Below the pieces are notes generated by a model. That model was given only the letters and a program-made list of their open reading frames with translations. It had not been told where the DNA came from and did not search any database. A program made the position numbers and the translations under genes. Positions 50,383 through 61,322 of a stretch of 64,000 bases of DNA are shown one piece after another (position 1 is the stretch's first letter; every line of letters starts with the position of its first letter). The stretch is taken from positions 95,046,001-95,110,000 of the forward strand of contig OX597820.1 in assembly GCA_951406725.2 (NCBI GenBank), in the 5' to 3' direction. This DNA is from Octopus vulgaris. Its lineage: Eukaryota.

Positions 50383-52524
50383 CAGTTGCGGCCAAAATGT
50401 TCAGAACAGCATTGCTTTCGTCAGAAAAGTAGGTACAATTTTTTATCAAATTTGTTTTATATTCTATAATTTTCACAGACAATAAATACGATATTATTTG
50501 TTATTGTCTGAGATTTTGGTGTAATTTGAGAGGATAATACAAAAGTCATGGATGATTTAGTGATTTACTGCAAAACCCATGGTGGCCAAAATGATCAGAA
50601 CGGTTGCTTTTACTCTGTGTTTTAGTTTATTGAACCGGCAAACTCTAATGTTTTGAATTTGTTTACTTGACAGTTCATTTACTAAACATTAGTAAGAATA
50701 TCTGCAGTGTACTTTGTTTATATAATGCCACTTACTCCGTTACCAATTCGTCAGCAGATTATTAAGCTTCGAAAGAAGAATAATTTAAGTATTGGGTCTA
50801 TTGCAAAGATTGTTAACAAGTCAAAAAGTGTTGTTCATGGTATTCTTAAGGTCTACGATGATTGTGGTTCGTGTGAAGCAAGAAAGTCTACAGGTAGGCC
50901 AAGAAAAACGACCAAGAGAGAAGATCGTGATATGGTAAAGTTGGTTAAAAAGGACATATTTAGAACTGCTGCTGCTGTTTCTCGAGAAATGAGCATTGTA
51001 ACTGAAGAAAACTTTATCTCGAAAAACTGTGTCTCATCGTTTAGTTGAACATAACCTACAAGCAAGATCACCTGCAGTGAAGCCACTGATCAACTCCAAG
51101 AATAAAAAGTGTCATCTTACCTTTGCAACCGAACATGTGTTGTGGTCTCAAGAAAAATGGCAAACGGTGCATTTCAGTGATGAATCTAAGTTTATGTTAT
51201 TTGGCTCAGATGGGAAAAGGTACGTTCGTCGAAAAGTAGGTGAAAAATTGTCGACTAAATGCCTTAAGACTAGTGTTAAATTCGGTGGAGGAAGTGTCAT
51301 GGTTTGGGGGATGATATCTGGAGATGGTGTGGACCCTTTGGTGCGAATACATGGAAAGTAAAATGCAGGAGTTTATAAACAACTTGTAAAAGATCATGTC
51401 TTGCCTGTGCTGAGAAATTCAACTAAGCGACCACCCATATTCATGCAGGACAATGCCCCATGTCACAAAGCTAAAGTGGTCATGAACTTCCTCAAGACTG
51501 AAAAGGTTATTGTTATGGATTGGCCTGCTCAAAGCCCAGATCTCAATCCTATTGAAAATGTGTGGAATATTCTAGAACGTTCTAAAGCCAGAAATCCTAA
51601 AACAACCGAGCAATTATGGAATGCCCATCAGGAAGAAAATTTAATAAGATCACCCAGCAAGAAATTGAAAATTTAGTTTCCTCATGCAGTCGAAGATGTC
51701 AAAGTGTGATTGAAGCTAAAGGGGTTCACGCTAAATCTATATATATAAAACTGTAGTTGTGCGAGTGTCTGTCCCCTTCGATTTAGATTCCTAACTACTC
51801 CCACATTTTGCGGTGCAGTTTAACCAAATTCCGGTATCTTATAGTCGTGATTCATATCGAGCCCGTCTGAGTATTAGCGCGCATCTACGATGAGTCTACG
51901 ATTTTAAAAATAATTTAACATAATTTTTTATTCCATTTTAATGCATAATTTTTCGTGTGTCGATGGCGGCGGAGTTGGCGTCCATGGTCACACCTCCACC
52001 TGTTTGCTTCTCCCCCTTCTTCCCTCCCTCGTGAAGCTGTGGGAAAGGGAGTGTAAGGAAATCAACGTCGTAAAGCGTTGTCAAGGAGACCAGCGTTCTT
52101 TTAGAACAACGACTTCATGGCTTGAAGACACCAAAACAGAAATGGCTAAGAAAGCCCAAATTGGCATCTATAAGGGAAGTAACTCTCTAAAAATGCTTAT
52201 ATAGTTATTTCCCTTACAAACCCAAGCAACGCCGGGCGATACTGCTAGTATTAAATAATTCCAGTATTCTCTGTCATTTTTGATTATTTTGTTATTTTTT
52301 CAACCGTTCTGATCATTTTGGCCGCCATGGGTTTTGCAGTAAATCACTAAATCATCCATAACTTTTGTATTATCCTCTCAAATTACACCAGAATCTCAGA
52401 CAATAACAAATAGTATTGTATTTATTGTCTGTGAAAATTATAGACTATAAAACAACTTTGATAAAAAATTGTACCTACTTTTCTGACGAAAACAATGCCG
52501 TTCGGAACATTTTGGCCGCAACTG
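50383..52524 (+). mobile_element. Tc1-like transposon with long TIRs, frameshifted transposase
   Basis: TA-flanked cagttgcggccaaaatgttc / gaacattttggccgcaactg; TIRs about 220 bp. Motifs GRPRK, FSDESKF, FMQDNAPCH, WPAQSPDLNPIENVW. Confidence 0.92.
51736..52248 (+). mobile_element. Non-autonomous Helitron inserted into the Tc1 transposase 3' end
   Basis: A|TCTATATATATAAAAC...cccaagcaacgccggg...CTAG|T. Removing it restores EAKGVHAK|Y*. Confidence 0.88.
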
Positions 52525-52964
52525 TATAGAGATATACTTACCTATGGTTGAATTAGAGATATACTTACCTATGGTTGAATTAGAAAATATTGAACCATTG
52601 AATCAGTTATTATATTTGAATTGAATTGTACTTGAGCATAACAATTTTAATTTTATAAAAAAATGTTCCAAATTTTTGGTCATGATTGTGTTAGCCATCT
52701 ACAGAAATTCTACAACAGCAGTGGGCTCTATTCTGAAAAGAACAGCAATTTTATTTTTCTTACTCTGAAATATCAGTGAGTGAAAATATGACTACTTGAC
52801 TACTACTAAAATGGATTTCTTTTGTATGGCTTCGTTAGAGGAGGAACAGTAGCACCCACAACCATTTTTTTTTTTTTGAGACCTTCCAAGAGAAGAAAGG
52901 AGGAAGTTACCTTCCTCCATTCCTAATATATCAACTCGTTAAAAGATATTTTCAACTCACCATA

Positions 52965-54960
52965 TTAACCCTTTGAACCCTAACCACCCATTGGAATTGA
53001 ATGCACCACCCTAAGCTCCCAACGAGTTTCATTGAAAAGTTTTAATTTTTTAATATAAGCTGAAAGACGTGCTTGTTTCACAACACAAAGGTACAAAATG
53101 GTGAAAAGTTATAGAATACATGATGTTCAAGTCTTTTTTCATTAATTTATCTCCAATACTGCACTTTGTTGTGCCAATCGTGCCAGCAGTTTGATCCTGG
53201 TTTCCCAATACAGAGGAAAACTTTGCTGTGTTTACACCAGAAAATAGTCTTTGACTGTTTTAGCAAGTTCTTATACTGAGCATTTGGATTTGCTCTCTTA
53301 GCCTGCCTATGTATCTCCATGCACATATCACAATGACTATTTGTGGTTGCATGTTCAGCTCATTCCACCTCATGTAATCCAACGGCAACCAAATGATCCT
53401 CTGCAGTTGCTGGATGATCATATCCCACTTGGGTACTGACCCTTACATTACTGATTAGTTCATGACAAAGGTTACCCAAAGCATGGAATGTCAAGGTTCT
53501 TTTGTTAGGCTTAACATAGGGCTTGTAAAATCCGTGCAAAACATAGGCATTATATGATGTCTACATAAAGAACTTCATCACTAATCAGTGAGGCCATTTG
53601 TAATGGCATCGACAATTTTGCAGGTGCATCATTTAGTCGGTTTTTTTTTCTGTTCTTCCCACGACAGAGGACAGAGGACAGAGTTCATTACAGTCACACC
53701 TAGGAACTGAGCTCATGGGTGAATCCACATATATTGACGAATCAAAATAAATAGAGCATTTGTCTATCCATACCATCACTGCAACATACCTATTGAACAG
53801 AACCACTGATTCCCCTTTTTGAATTTGCCTGTTAGTTCTTTTGAGACATTTTGGGAAAGACCTTCTGTTGATTAAAGCTGTTCCACACAGTCTTATGCCT
53901 TTATCCAATAAATATTCTGAAAGCTCAACTGATGTATAAAATCTGTTCAGAGCTCAATACCCGTCCATCATTCGCACTACGAGATTCCCCGTGACACACA
54001 AATTATCAACTGCTTGGGCATCCAGTCGCCTCTCAGTGTACACTTCAGCATTCACAATGTAACCATTTGCACTGTCTGTTAACAAGAATGTCTGGATGAG
54101 TTTGTCTTTGATGTCTTGCTTTATGGATAAGGCGTTTTTGATCAGAATCATGCCTTCATCTAAAGATAGCTCACATTCAGGCACAAAATATTTAGAAACC
54201 TTGGCAAGATATAATCTATAATTGGCCGTGAGTTATATATTTTGTCTTTCTTATTTACATTAAGATCATCCTCATCAACACAGTGTAGCATTGACCATAT
54301 AGCTAAAAACCTGTCCCTTACCATGACCTGTCCAAATCCTGGAGTTGATGTCAAAAAGCTGCCTTTTGTACACCAGTACTGTTCATACCTATCCTTATGA
54401 ACTAACATCTCTATGGTAACTCTACAAGCAAAGAAGGCTTTCATCTCTTTTACTGTTGTGCCATACCAATTTTCTGCAGCATAGTTATTGGGCTTATCAG
54501 CCTTGACATGTGCAGCATTCTTATTACTTTCTCTAACCAAAATGTCCCAAAGCACTTCATCCCAGAACAGGGAAGGGAAATCCAGGGGGCCACTTTCTCT
54601 ATTTATATGAGGTGAAATATCCTTTGGGCCTGTGGGGTGGTTAGGACTAAACTGTTTTTGTGTAAAACCAGCCGTATCTCATCTCCAAGGAGCAGGCATA
54701 TTCATGTTTACTACCGCCATCAAGCCTCTGCCACACCCACCATTACAGCCCCTCTCTCCCCTATTAGTCTGGGGTATTTGGGCATGCACTGCAGCATTGT
54801 CTACATTATGTACAAGTTCACCTTGATCGCTGTCAGAATCACTGGGCGATTCTTTGCTAGTTTCTTGCACAAAATCACTTTCATTACCATAATCAGACTT
54901 GTCTAAATCCTCCTCGTCATCACTAAGAATTTGAGCTAGTGCTTCTTCAGTACTGACACA
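52965..54960 (-). mobile_element. piggyBac (PGBD4-like) transposon remnant
   Basis: TTAA|CCCTTTGAACCC end. Minus-strand LSLDEGM, LLTDSANGYIVNAEVY, GIRLCGT, WIDK, and a Cys-rich C-terminus. The other end is lost at a SINE. Confidence 0.85.
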
Positions 54961-54967
54961 TTAGCAC

Positions 54968-55190
54968 ACTGGCAGAAACGTTAGCACACCGGGCGAAATG
55001 CGTAGCTGTATTTCGTCTGTTGTTACGTTCCGAGTTCAAATTCCGCCGAGGTCGACTTTGCCTTTCATTCTTTCGGGGTCGATAAATTAAGTACCAGTTA
55101 CGCACTGGGGTCGACGTAATCGACTTAATCCGTTTGTCTGTCCTTGTTTGTCCCCTCTGTGTTTGGCCCCTTGTGGGTAGTAAAGAAATA
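54968..55190 (+). mobile_element. tRNA-derived SINE family B, well-preserved copy
   Basis: ctggcagaaacgttagcac...gagttcaaattccgccgaggtcgactttgcctttcattctttcggggtcgataaattaagtacc. Confidence 0.85.
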
Positions 55191-55218
55191 TATGTTTTAA
55201 ATTTTCAAAGAAACTTAC

Positions 55219-55393
55219 ATATTGTGCCAGTTTTTTAATACCATTAGGAAATCTTTTAGGATCAGCTTGCAAACGTCCTTCCGCATCTCTTTCTTTTGCT
55301 AACCAGCAGTCATCAATATTTATATATTCATAACCGAGATCTCTGAAGCCATCAGCAACAATGTGATCTGCCATTTGCATAAACAGTCTCTCA
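55219..55393 (-). CDS. NAGA: GH27 alpha-N-acetylgalactosaminidase/alpha-galactosidase, first exon in the window
   Basis: tttacag|TGAG...CAATAT|gtaag, 175 bp. (S)[30 protein letters not shown]...[15 protein letters not shown]; DDCW motif. Confidence 0.93.
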
Positions 55394-55614
55394 CTGTAAA
55401 TAGAAAATATAGCATACATAATAAAACTAGTTGAATGGTTAACAGAAACAACATCCCAAGGAAAAAATAATGACTAATATCAAACAAATGTTACATAAAA
55501 CCATCCCCTTCATAGTAGCATGGGCCATGAGTAGAGAGAGGAAGAATATCATTTTTTTTTATCATTCAACTTATATAATCTAGTCACTTGACTTGTTGCT
55601 TTTTTTCTTTTTTC

Positions 55615-55962
55615 AAGGCTATGTGGTAAAATTGTTGTTCCAGGTTCAGTTCTACTGCATGACACCTTGGGTAAATGTTGTCTAACTACAGTGCCAGTCT
55701 GACCAAAGCTTTGTGAGTGGATTTGTGGACAGAAACTAAAAGAAGCCCATTGTGTGTGTGTGAGAGTGTGTGTGTCCACTACTGCTTGACAACTGGTGTT
55801 GGTGTGTTTGTATCCCCATAACTTAGCAGTTCAGCAAAAGATATTGATAGAATAAATACCAAAGTTATAAAAGAAGTAGTAGGGTTGACGCATTTGATTA
55901 AAAATTCTTCAAGGCAGTGTCCCAGCATGGCCACAGTCTAATGATTGAAACAAGTAAAAGAT
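55615..55962 (+). mobile_element. tRNA-derived SINE family A, diverged
   Basis: Homologous to 18231-18615. Confidence 0.75.
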
Positions 55963-56231
55963 ATCTAAATGATCAAGCTCAAGGAAATTTGTTTAACTAG
56001 TCAAACTTTGCTCTCTTTCCCCAGAGACATATTAAACTGCCCCCAACAATTCCATACCATCTTCCAACCTATGCAGTCTTTTTAAAATGCCCCGTTATCA
56101 TCCTTCTATCCAACAAAAAGGTTCAATGTAACACATCTCAATGTCCCTCAATCAAGAATTCTAACATTCATTCCAATGAACTAATTAGGAATGTTTGTGA
56201 TTATAGATATGTAAATATATATAAAGCAAAG

Positions 56232-56532
56232 TGGAGGCACATGGCCTAGTGGTTAAAGCAGCAGACTTGCGGTCAAGAGATTGTGGGTTTGAATCTCAGA
56301 CCGGGCGATGTGTGTGTTTATGAGCGAAATACCTACATGGCTCCAGCAGAAAGTAATGACGAACTTCTGCTGACTCTTTCATAACAACTTTCTCTCAATC
56401 TTTCTTCCTGCATCTAGCAGCTCACAGGCAAAAGACTGGCATCCCATCCAGGTGGGAAACCTATATACCAATGAAACCGAGAAACCAGCCCTTATGAGCC
56501 AGGCATGGCTCGAGAAGGAACAAACAACAACA
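56232..56532 (+). mobile_element. tRNA-derived SINE, third family
   Basis: A box tggcctagtggttaa, B box ggtttgaatctc, and (ACA)n tail. Confidence 0.7.
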
Positions 56533-56999
56533 TATAAAGCAAAAGCACTCCTCATCCTTAATCCACTGGGGAGATCTTTTCATGGGTGCTCATCCTGTTA
56601 GATATAACAGTCAAATCTTTGTAAAATCACACTTAACTGTCTGTAACCAAATGTATATTTGGTAGCATAGTCTGTGAAGTAAGATGAAGTGATCACACCT
56701 GAAATGCCTTTGATCAGGTCTGCTGAATCAGTGTCTACTTGTGACTAAACAACAGCTATTTAGGACAAGGGTTCTCAACCAGGATCCATATCAGATTTTG
56801 TTGTTAAAATTTATGCACATTCTTTTAACATAAAACTATTGCATGTCTTCTCAGCATTCTTTCCATATGCATGCCATATGTATACTTATACACTATACAT
56901 ATGCACTATAGGAATATATGATAGAATAATATCAAATCAATGTAAAACATACTATCTTAAAGGTAGTGTGTTCACACACACACATATATATATATACAT

Positions 57000-57068
<69 letters not shown>

Positions 57069-57102
57069 TGAGAAAGTTGGTGTGTGAAGTGCACGTGGTT
57101 GA

Positions 57103-57337
57103 ATATATAGAAAATAGTAAAAAGTGAAAAAACTACAGAAGGCTTGTTTTAAAAGGTTAAAAAATATATATTTGAGTCATTATGTCTGAAGAATGTTATA
57201 AATTTTTTTCATACAACTATGTCATTGTATGAAAAAAATTTATAACATTCTTCAGACATAATGACTCATATATATATTTTTTAACCTTTTAAAACAAGCC
57301 TTCTGTAGTTTTTTCACTTTTTACTATTTTCTATATA
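57103..57337. repeat. Near-perfect foldback (about 113-bp arms, ~8-nt loop) next to (TA)n
   Basis: atatatagaaaatagtaaaaagtgaaaaaactacagaaggc...catacaa ctatgtca ttgtatg...ctattttctatatat. Contains CTGAAGA at 57186. Confidence 0.88.
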
Positions 57338-57345
57338 TATATATA

Positions 57346-58036
57346 TCATCATCATCATCATCGTCGTTTAACGTCCGTTCTCCATGCTAGCATGGGTTGG
57401 ACGGTTCGACCGGGGTTCTGGGAAGCCAGAAGGCTGCACCAGGCTCCAGTCTAAATTTGGCAATGTTTCTACAGCTGGATGCCCTTCCTAACGCCAACCA
57501 CTCCGTGAGTGTAGTGGGTGCTTTTTACGTGCCACCTGCACAGGTGCCAGGCGGGGCTGGCAACGGCCACGGTCAGATTGGTGTATTTTATGTGCCACCG
57601 GCACGGAAGCCAGTCGAGGCGGTGCTGGCATCGGCCACGAGTCGGATAGTGCTTTTTACGTACCACCAGACCAGGGATCCTGGCTGGTTCAATTCGATTT
57701 CGATTTCGCTTGCCCCAACATGTCTTCACAAGCAAAGGGGTTGGCAAGGGTGCCTGTCGTACGGTCGCATTGGAGTATTTTACGTGCCACGGCCACGAGT
57801 CGGATAGTGCTTTTACGTACCATCAGACCAGGGATCCTGGCTGGTTCAATTCGATTTCGATTTCGCTTGCCCCAACATGTCTTCACAAGCAAAGGGGGTT
57901 GGCATGGGTGCCTGTCGTACGGTCGCATTGGAGTATTTTACGTGCCACGGCCACGAGTCGGATAGTGCTTTTTACGTACCACCAGGCCAGGGATCCTGGC
58001 TGGTTCAATTCGGTTTCGATTTCGATTTCGCTTGCC

Positions 58037-58039
<3 letters not shown>
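57346..58039 (-). mobile_element. RTE 3' UTR with an internal ~159-bp tandem amplification
   Basis: (ATC)n tail at 57346. cggccacgagtcggatagtgc...ttcgcttgcccca occurs three times. Confidence 0.8.
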
Positions 58040-58073
<34 letters not shown>

Positions 58074-58128
58074 GGGCTTCTTTTAGTTTCTGTCCACCAA
58101 ATCCACTCACAAAGCTTTGGTCAGACTG

Positions 58129-58159
<31 letters not shown>

Positions 58160-59964
58160 TAAATATATATCAGGAAAAAAATCTATATAGGAAGCAATGA
58201 ATAAATCATGCAATGACATTGCAAAAAGCTACCAGGTTAAATAAAAAACTTGAAGCACACAATTGAAACAGCATTAAATTAAAATAGTGGTCTATGTGGC
58301 ATATTTAACATATATACACCACTGACAGGTATGCTGCTGTAGTTTGCATTTGAGAGAAAGAAAACTGAAACATGTCTGATATTCATGTGTGTTACTGCTG
58401 TGAGATGGCTATCTTGCTTTGATATACATTATGTTTTTAACACAGCATGTCGATAAAGAGATTTTCTTTCAAACAAAAATCGCAGCCTCATACCTGTCAG
58501 AGTTTTATATCCATTAAATATAACACATAGATAGTTATTTTAAGTATGCTTGTATGTGTGTATGCATAGATACACATGTAACTAGCTTAGTGTATTAAAA
58601 CACTGACAAATAATAGGGAAGAAACCCTAAATGGCTTATCATAATTATATCCAAATCCATGTTGTTTAAACCTTTCCTCTCATTCACTAAAATGAATACA
58701 AGTAATATAATAGGCTTTGTTTATTCAGCTATAACTATTTACATATGGGGGGGGGGAATCAAATATCAAAATGGACAGTGATGCAACATGTCTGAACTGC
58801 AATGCTGCACCTTACACTATAAAGTGTGTAATTTATCATAGTTAGTATGCAAGGTAGAGATATATAGGGTGAAACTTTATTTTAGCGATTCTTTCAAATG
58901 TCAATAAAATAAGTACCAGTAGGAACACTGGGGTTCATATAATCAACTAGCCCCCCACTTCCAAAATTTCAGGCCTTGTACCTATAGTAGGAAGAATTAT
59001 TTATATATACAAGATGCAGTTCCAGAAAAGAATTACTCTAGACATGGCTGTGCAGTAAGGGGCTTGCTTCCCATCCATATGGTTCTGGGTTCAGTTTCAC
59101 TGTGTGGCACTTTGGGTGTCTTCTACTATAGCCACAGGCTAACCAAAGACTTGTGACTGAATTTGGTAGACAGAAACTGAAAGAAGTCCCTCATATATAT
59201 ATATGTATATATCTGTGTGTGTGTGTGTGTGTGTGTGTGTATTGCTGTGTATGTGTTTCAAGGTGGTGCCCCAGCATAGCCACAGTCAAATGCCTGAAAC
59301 AAGTAAAAGAAGATATATATATATATATATCGTCCAACTCGTGCTAGTGCGGAAAACGGACGTTAAACGATGATGATGATGATGATGATGATGATGATAT
59401 ATATATATATATATATATATATAGATAGATAGATAGATATCAATCTCAGGATGTTGGGCTTCATGGTGGAAATGACAATGAACCAAGATGTCTGGTGATA
59501 TGAGGTTCTTAAGAAGACCCACCCATGTCAGCAGAACTGAGTTCCAGAAGCACTGTGTGTCCCACCCACACATAAAAAGAAAACTTCTCACACACCCTAC
59601 CACAACAAACCAAACAACATCTCTACATTCCTTCTCTTCTTTGCATTTTGACTTCAAGTACTATGCTTACCTCCCACTCTTCAATCTTGTCCTCTTGGCC
59701 CTGTCTCACTGCATCAGTGCTATTTGCTAGCCAACCCCCAACTCTAAATACCCAGATTTCCACCACTCACTTCCCCTCCCCACTCTCTAACCATACTTCT
59801 TTGGCAATATCCGGTCACTCATATTATGACCTTTGAACCTCAAGGGTATGCCCTGGCACTTGCCACCATCTATATATCTCTCTGCTTTTACCCAACCATT
59901 CCATATATATTCTGAGTATGCCCTTATGAGTATGCCCAGCACTTTGCCACTATCTCTATCCTGA

Positions 59965-60022
<58 letters not shown>

Positions 60023-60149
60023 CAGCCAGGTAACCTCTACAGGAAGACACCTGTTTTTGTCTCTCTGTTTCATTATAACCTTTCATCTACTGACGCAAGA
60101 TCACCTCCTCCAATACCCTCTCCCCTCTCAAAAGATTTTTGTCTTGCAA

Positions 60150-60447
60150 GTTACTTGGTGACCCTGTCAGTACAGGTGCCACTTAAAAAGCATTCAGTCC
60201 ACATTATAAAGTGGTTGGTATTTAGAAGGGTATCCAGCTGTAAAAATCTTGCTAAAACTGACCTCGCCTGTGTTTGTGCCATGTAAAAAGCACTAAGTCC
60301 ACTCTGCTGGGTAGTTGGTGTTAAGAAAGGCATCCAACTGTAAAAATCCTGCCAAAACAGTTACAGAAGTCTGGTGCAGGCTTCTGCCTAGCTGACTTCT
60401 GTCAAACCATCCCACCCATGCCAGCATGGAAGGCAGATGTTAAATGA

Positions 60448-60450
<3 letters not shown>
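60150..60450 (+). mobile_element. RTE 3' UTR fragment
   Basis: gggtatccagctgtaaaa...gccagcatggaaggcagatgttaaatgatgat. Confidence 0.7.
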
Positions 60451-60485
<35 letters not shown>

Positions 60486-60571
60486 AGAGTTTACGAAAAA
60501 ACAAAAGACAAAGACATGTGGTGTACAAAACAAACAGATGTATTAGTATAACGCTCAGGAATAGAAAAAGT

Positions 60572-60607
60572 CTTTTACGTTTCGAGCCTACGCTCTTCTA
60601 CAGAAAG
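60572..60607 (-). ncRNA. Minimal hammerhead-like motif in a ~185-bp insert (60482-60667) between (TA)n tracts
   Basis: CUUU-CUGUAGA-A-GAGC guag GCUC-GAAA-C-GUA/AAAG. Helices I and II are perfect and helix III is the palindrome ACGU; the core deviates (A6U, one extra A). Confidence 0.55.
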
Positions 60608-60679
60608 GGACACAGAAAAAACAAGGAGAGAATAAAATGTGTGTAGTGGCTAACGATCTATCATGGTATATATATACAT

Positions 60680-61050
60680 GGTGGTTGTCTACTCCTTATG
60701 CAGAGTTTGGCCACCTCTTGTACTTACACCTAAGCTCCATCATGGCGTCTGATGTGGCCTTTTAAACTAGACAATGTTTTGAAAAGACACCCACATAAAT
60801 TGCATATCTGCTTTAGTCTACCAAGAGCAGCAGTTAAATTCTGATTGTTGTGGATCTTAAAATGTCTTTTGAGGCCTCCGTTAGATTTGCAGACCTTATG
60901 GTATACATGGCATTGACAGGTATGCACAGATAGATAGGCAGAGTAATTTGAGGTGGTTCATTTTTCATAGGTCCGCAAATGAGATTTGAGCCCAGCAAAA
61001 GAAAGGTATGGTCTGTCACAAATTGTGCACACAAAAAGATGGTTGGGATT
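60680..61050 (-). mobile_element. LINE 3' end (RTE-like) with three degenerate C2H2 fingers
   Basis: CTICDRPYLSFAGLKSHLRTY, CHVYHKVCKSNGGLKRHFKIH, CNLCGCLFKTLSSLKGHIRRH*. Short 3' tail; frameshifts present. Confidence 0.55.
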
Positions 61051-61074
61051 CATTTTCTCTCTCTCTCTCTCTTG

Positions 61075-61109
<35 letters not shown>

Positions 61110-61148
61110 CATTTTTCCCTATAACTCTTAACCAAAATGAATAAGTTA

Positions 61149-61322
61149 CTGTATTTATTCATGTATAAGTCATACTATTTTATACCTATTTTAACTGCAC
61201 AAACTGAGATGCAAGTTATTCACAAGGCAAAGCTGATATTAAGTTTGAATAGGAGGGTAAAAAATTCTGCACCAAGACTTAACACTAAATAAGGTATGCA
61301 ACTTATACACAAGTCAATACAG
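61149..61322. mobile_element. pogo/Tigger-like MITE
   Basis: ta-ctgtatttattcatgtataagtc / acttatacacaagtcaatacag inverted ends. Confidence 0.5.

Larger units (their letters stand above)
50309..52688. mobile_element. Tc1-type MITE, outer element of a triple nest
   Basis: The left arm cagtctagccaaaagtttgaaacattttt...ttcaaata matches the reverse complement of 52612-52688. Confidence 0.75.

Noticed and set aside
52533-52575. ATACTTACCT, the U1 snRNA 5' end
   Set aside because: Only 10 nt match and the rest of U1 is absent.
56232-56305. tRNA-like sequence (also SINE heads at 9516, 14278, 18231, 10526)
   Set aside because: It has Pol III boxes but no clean cloverleaf and continues into a repeat body, so it is a SINE head rather than a tRNA gene.
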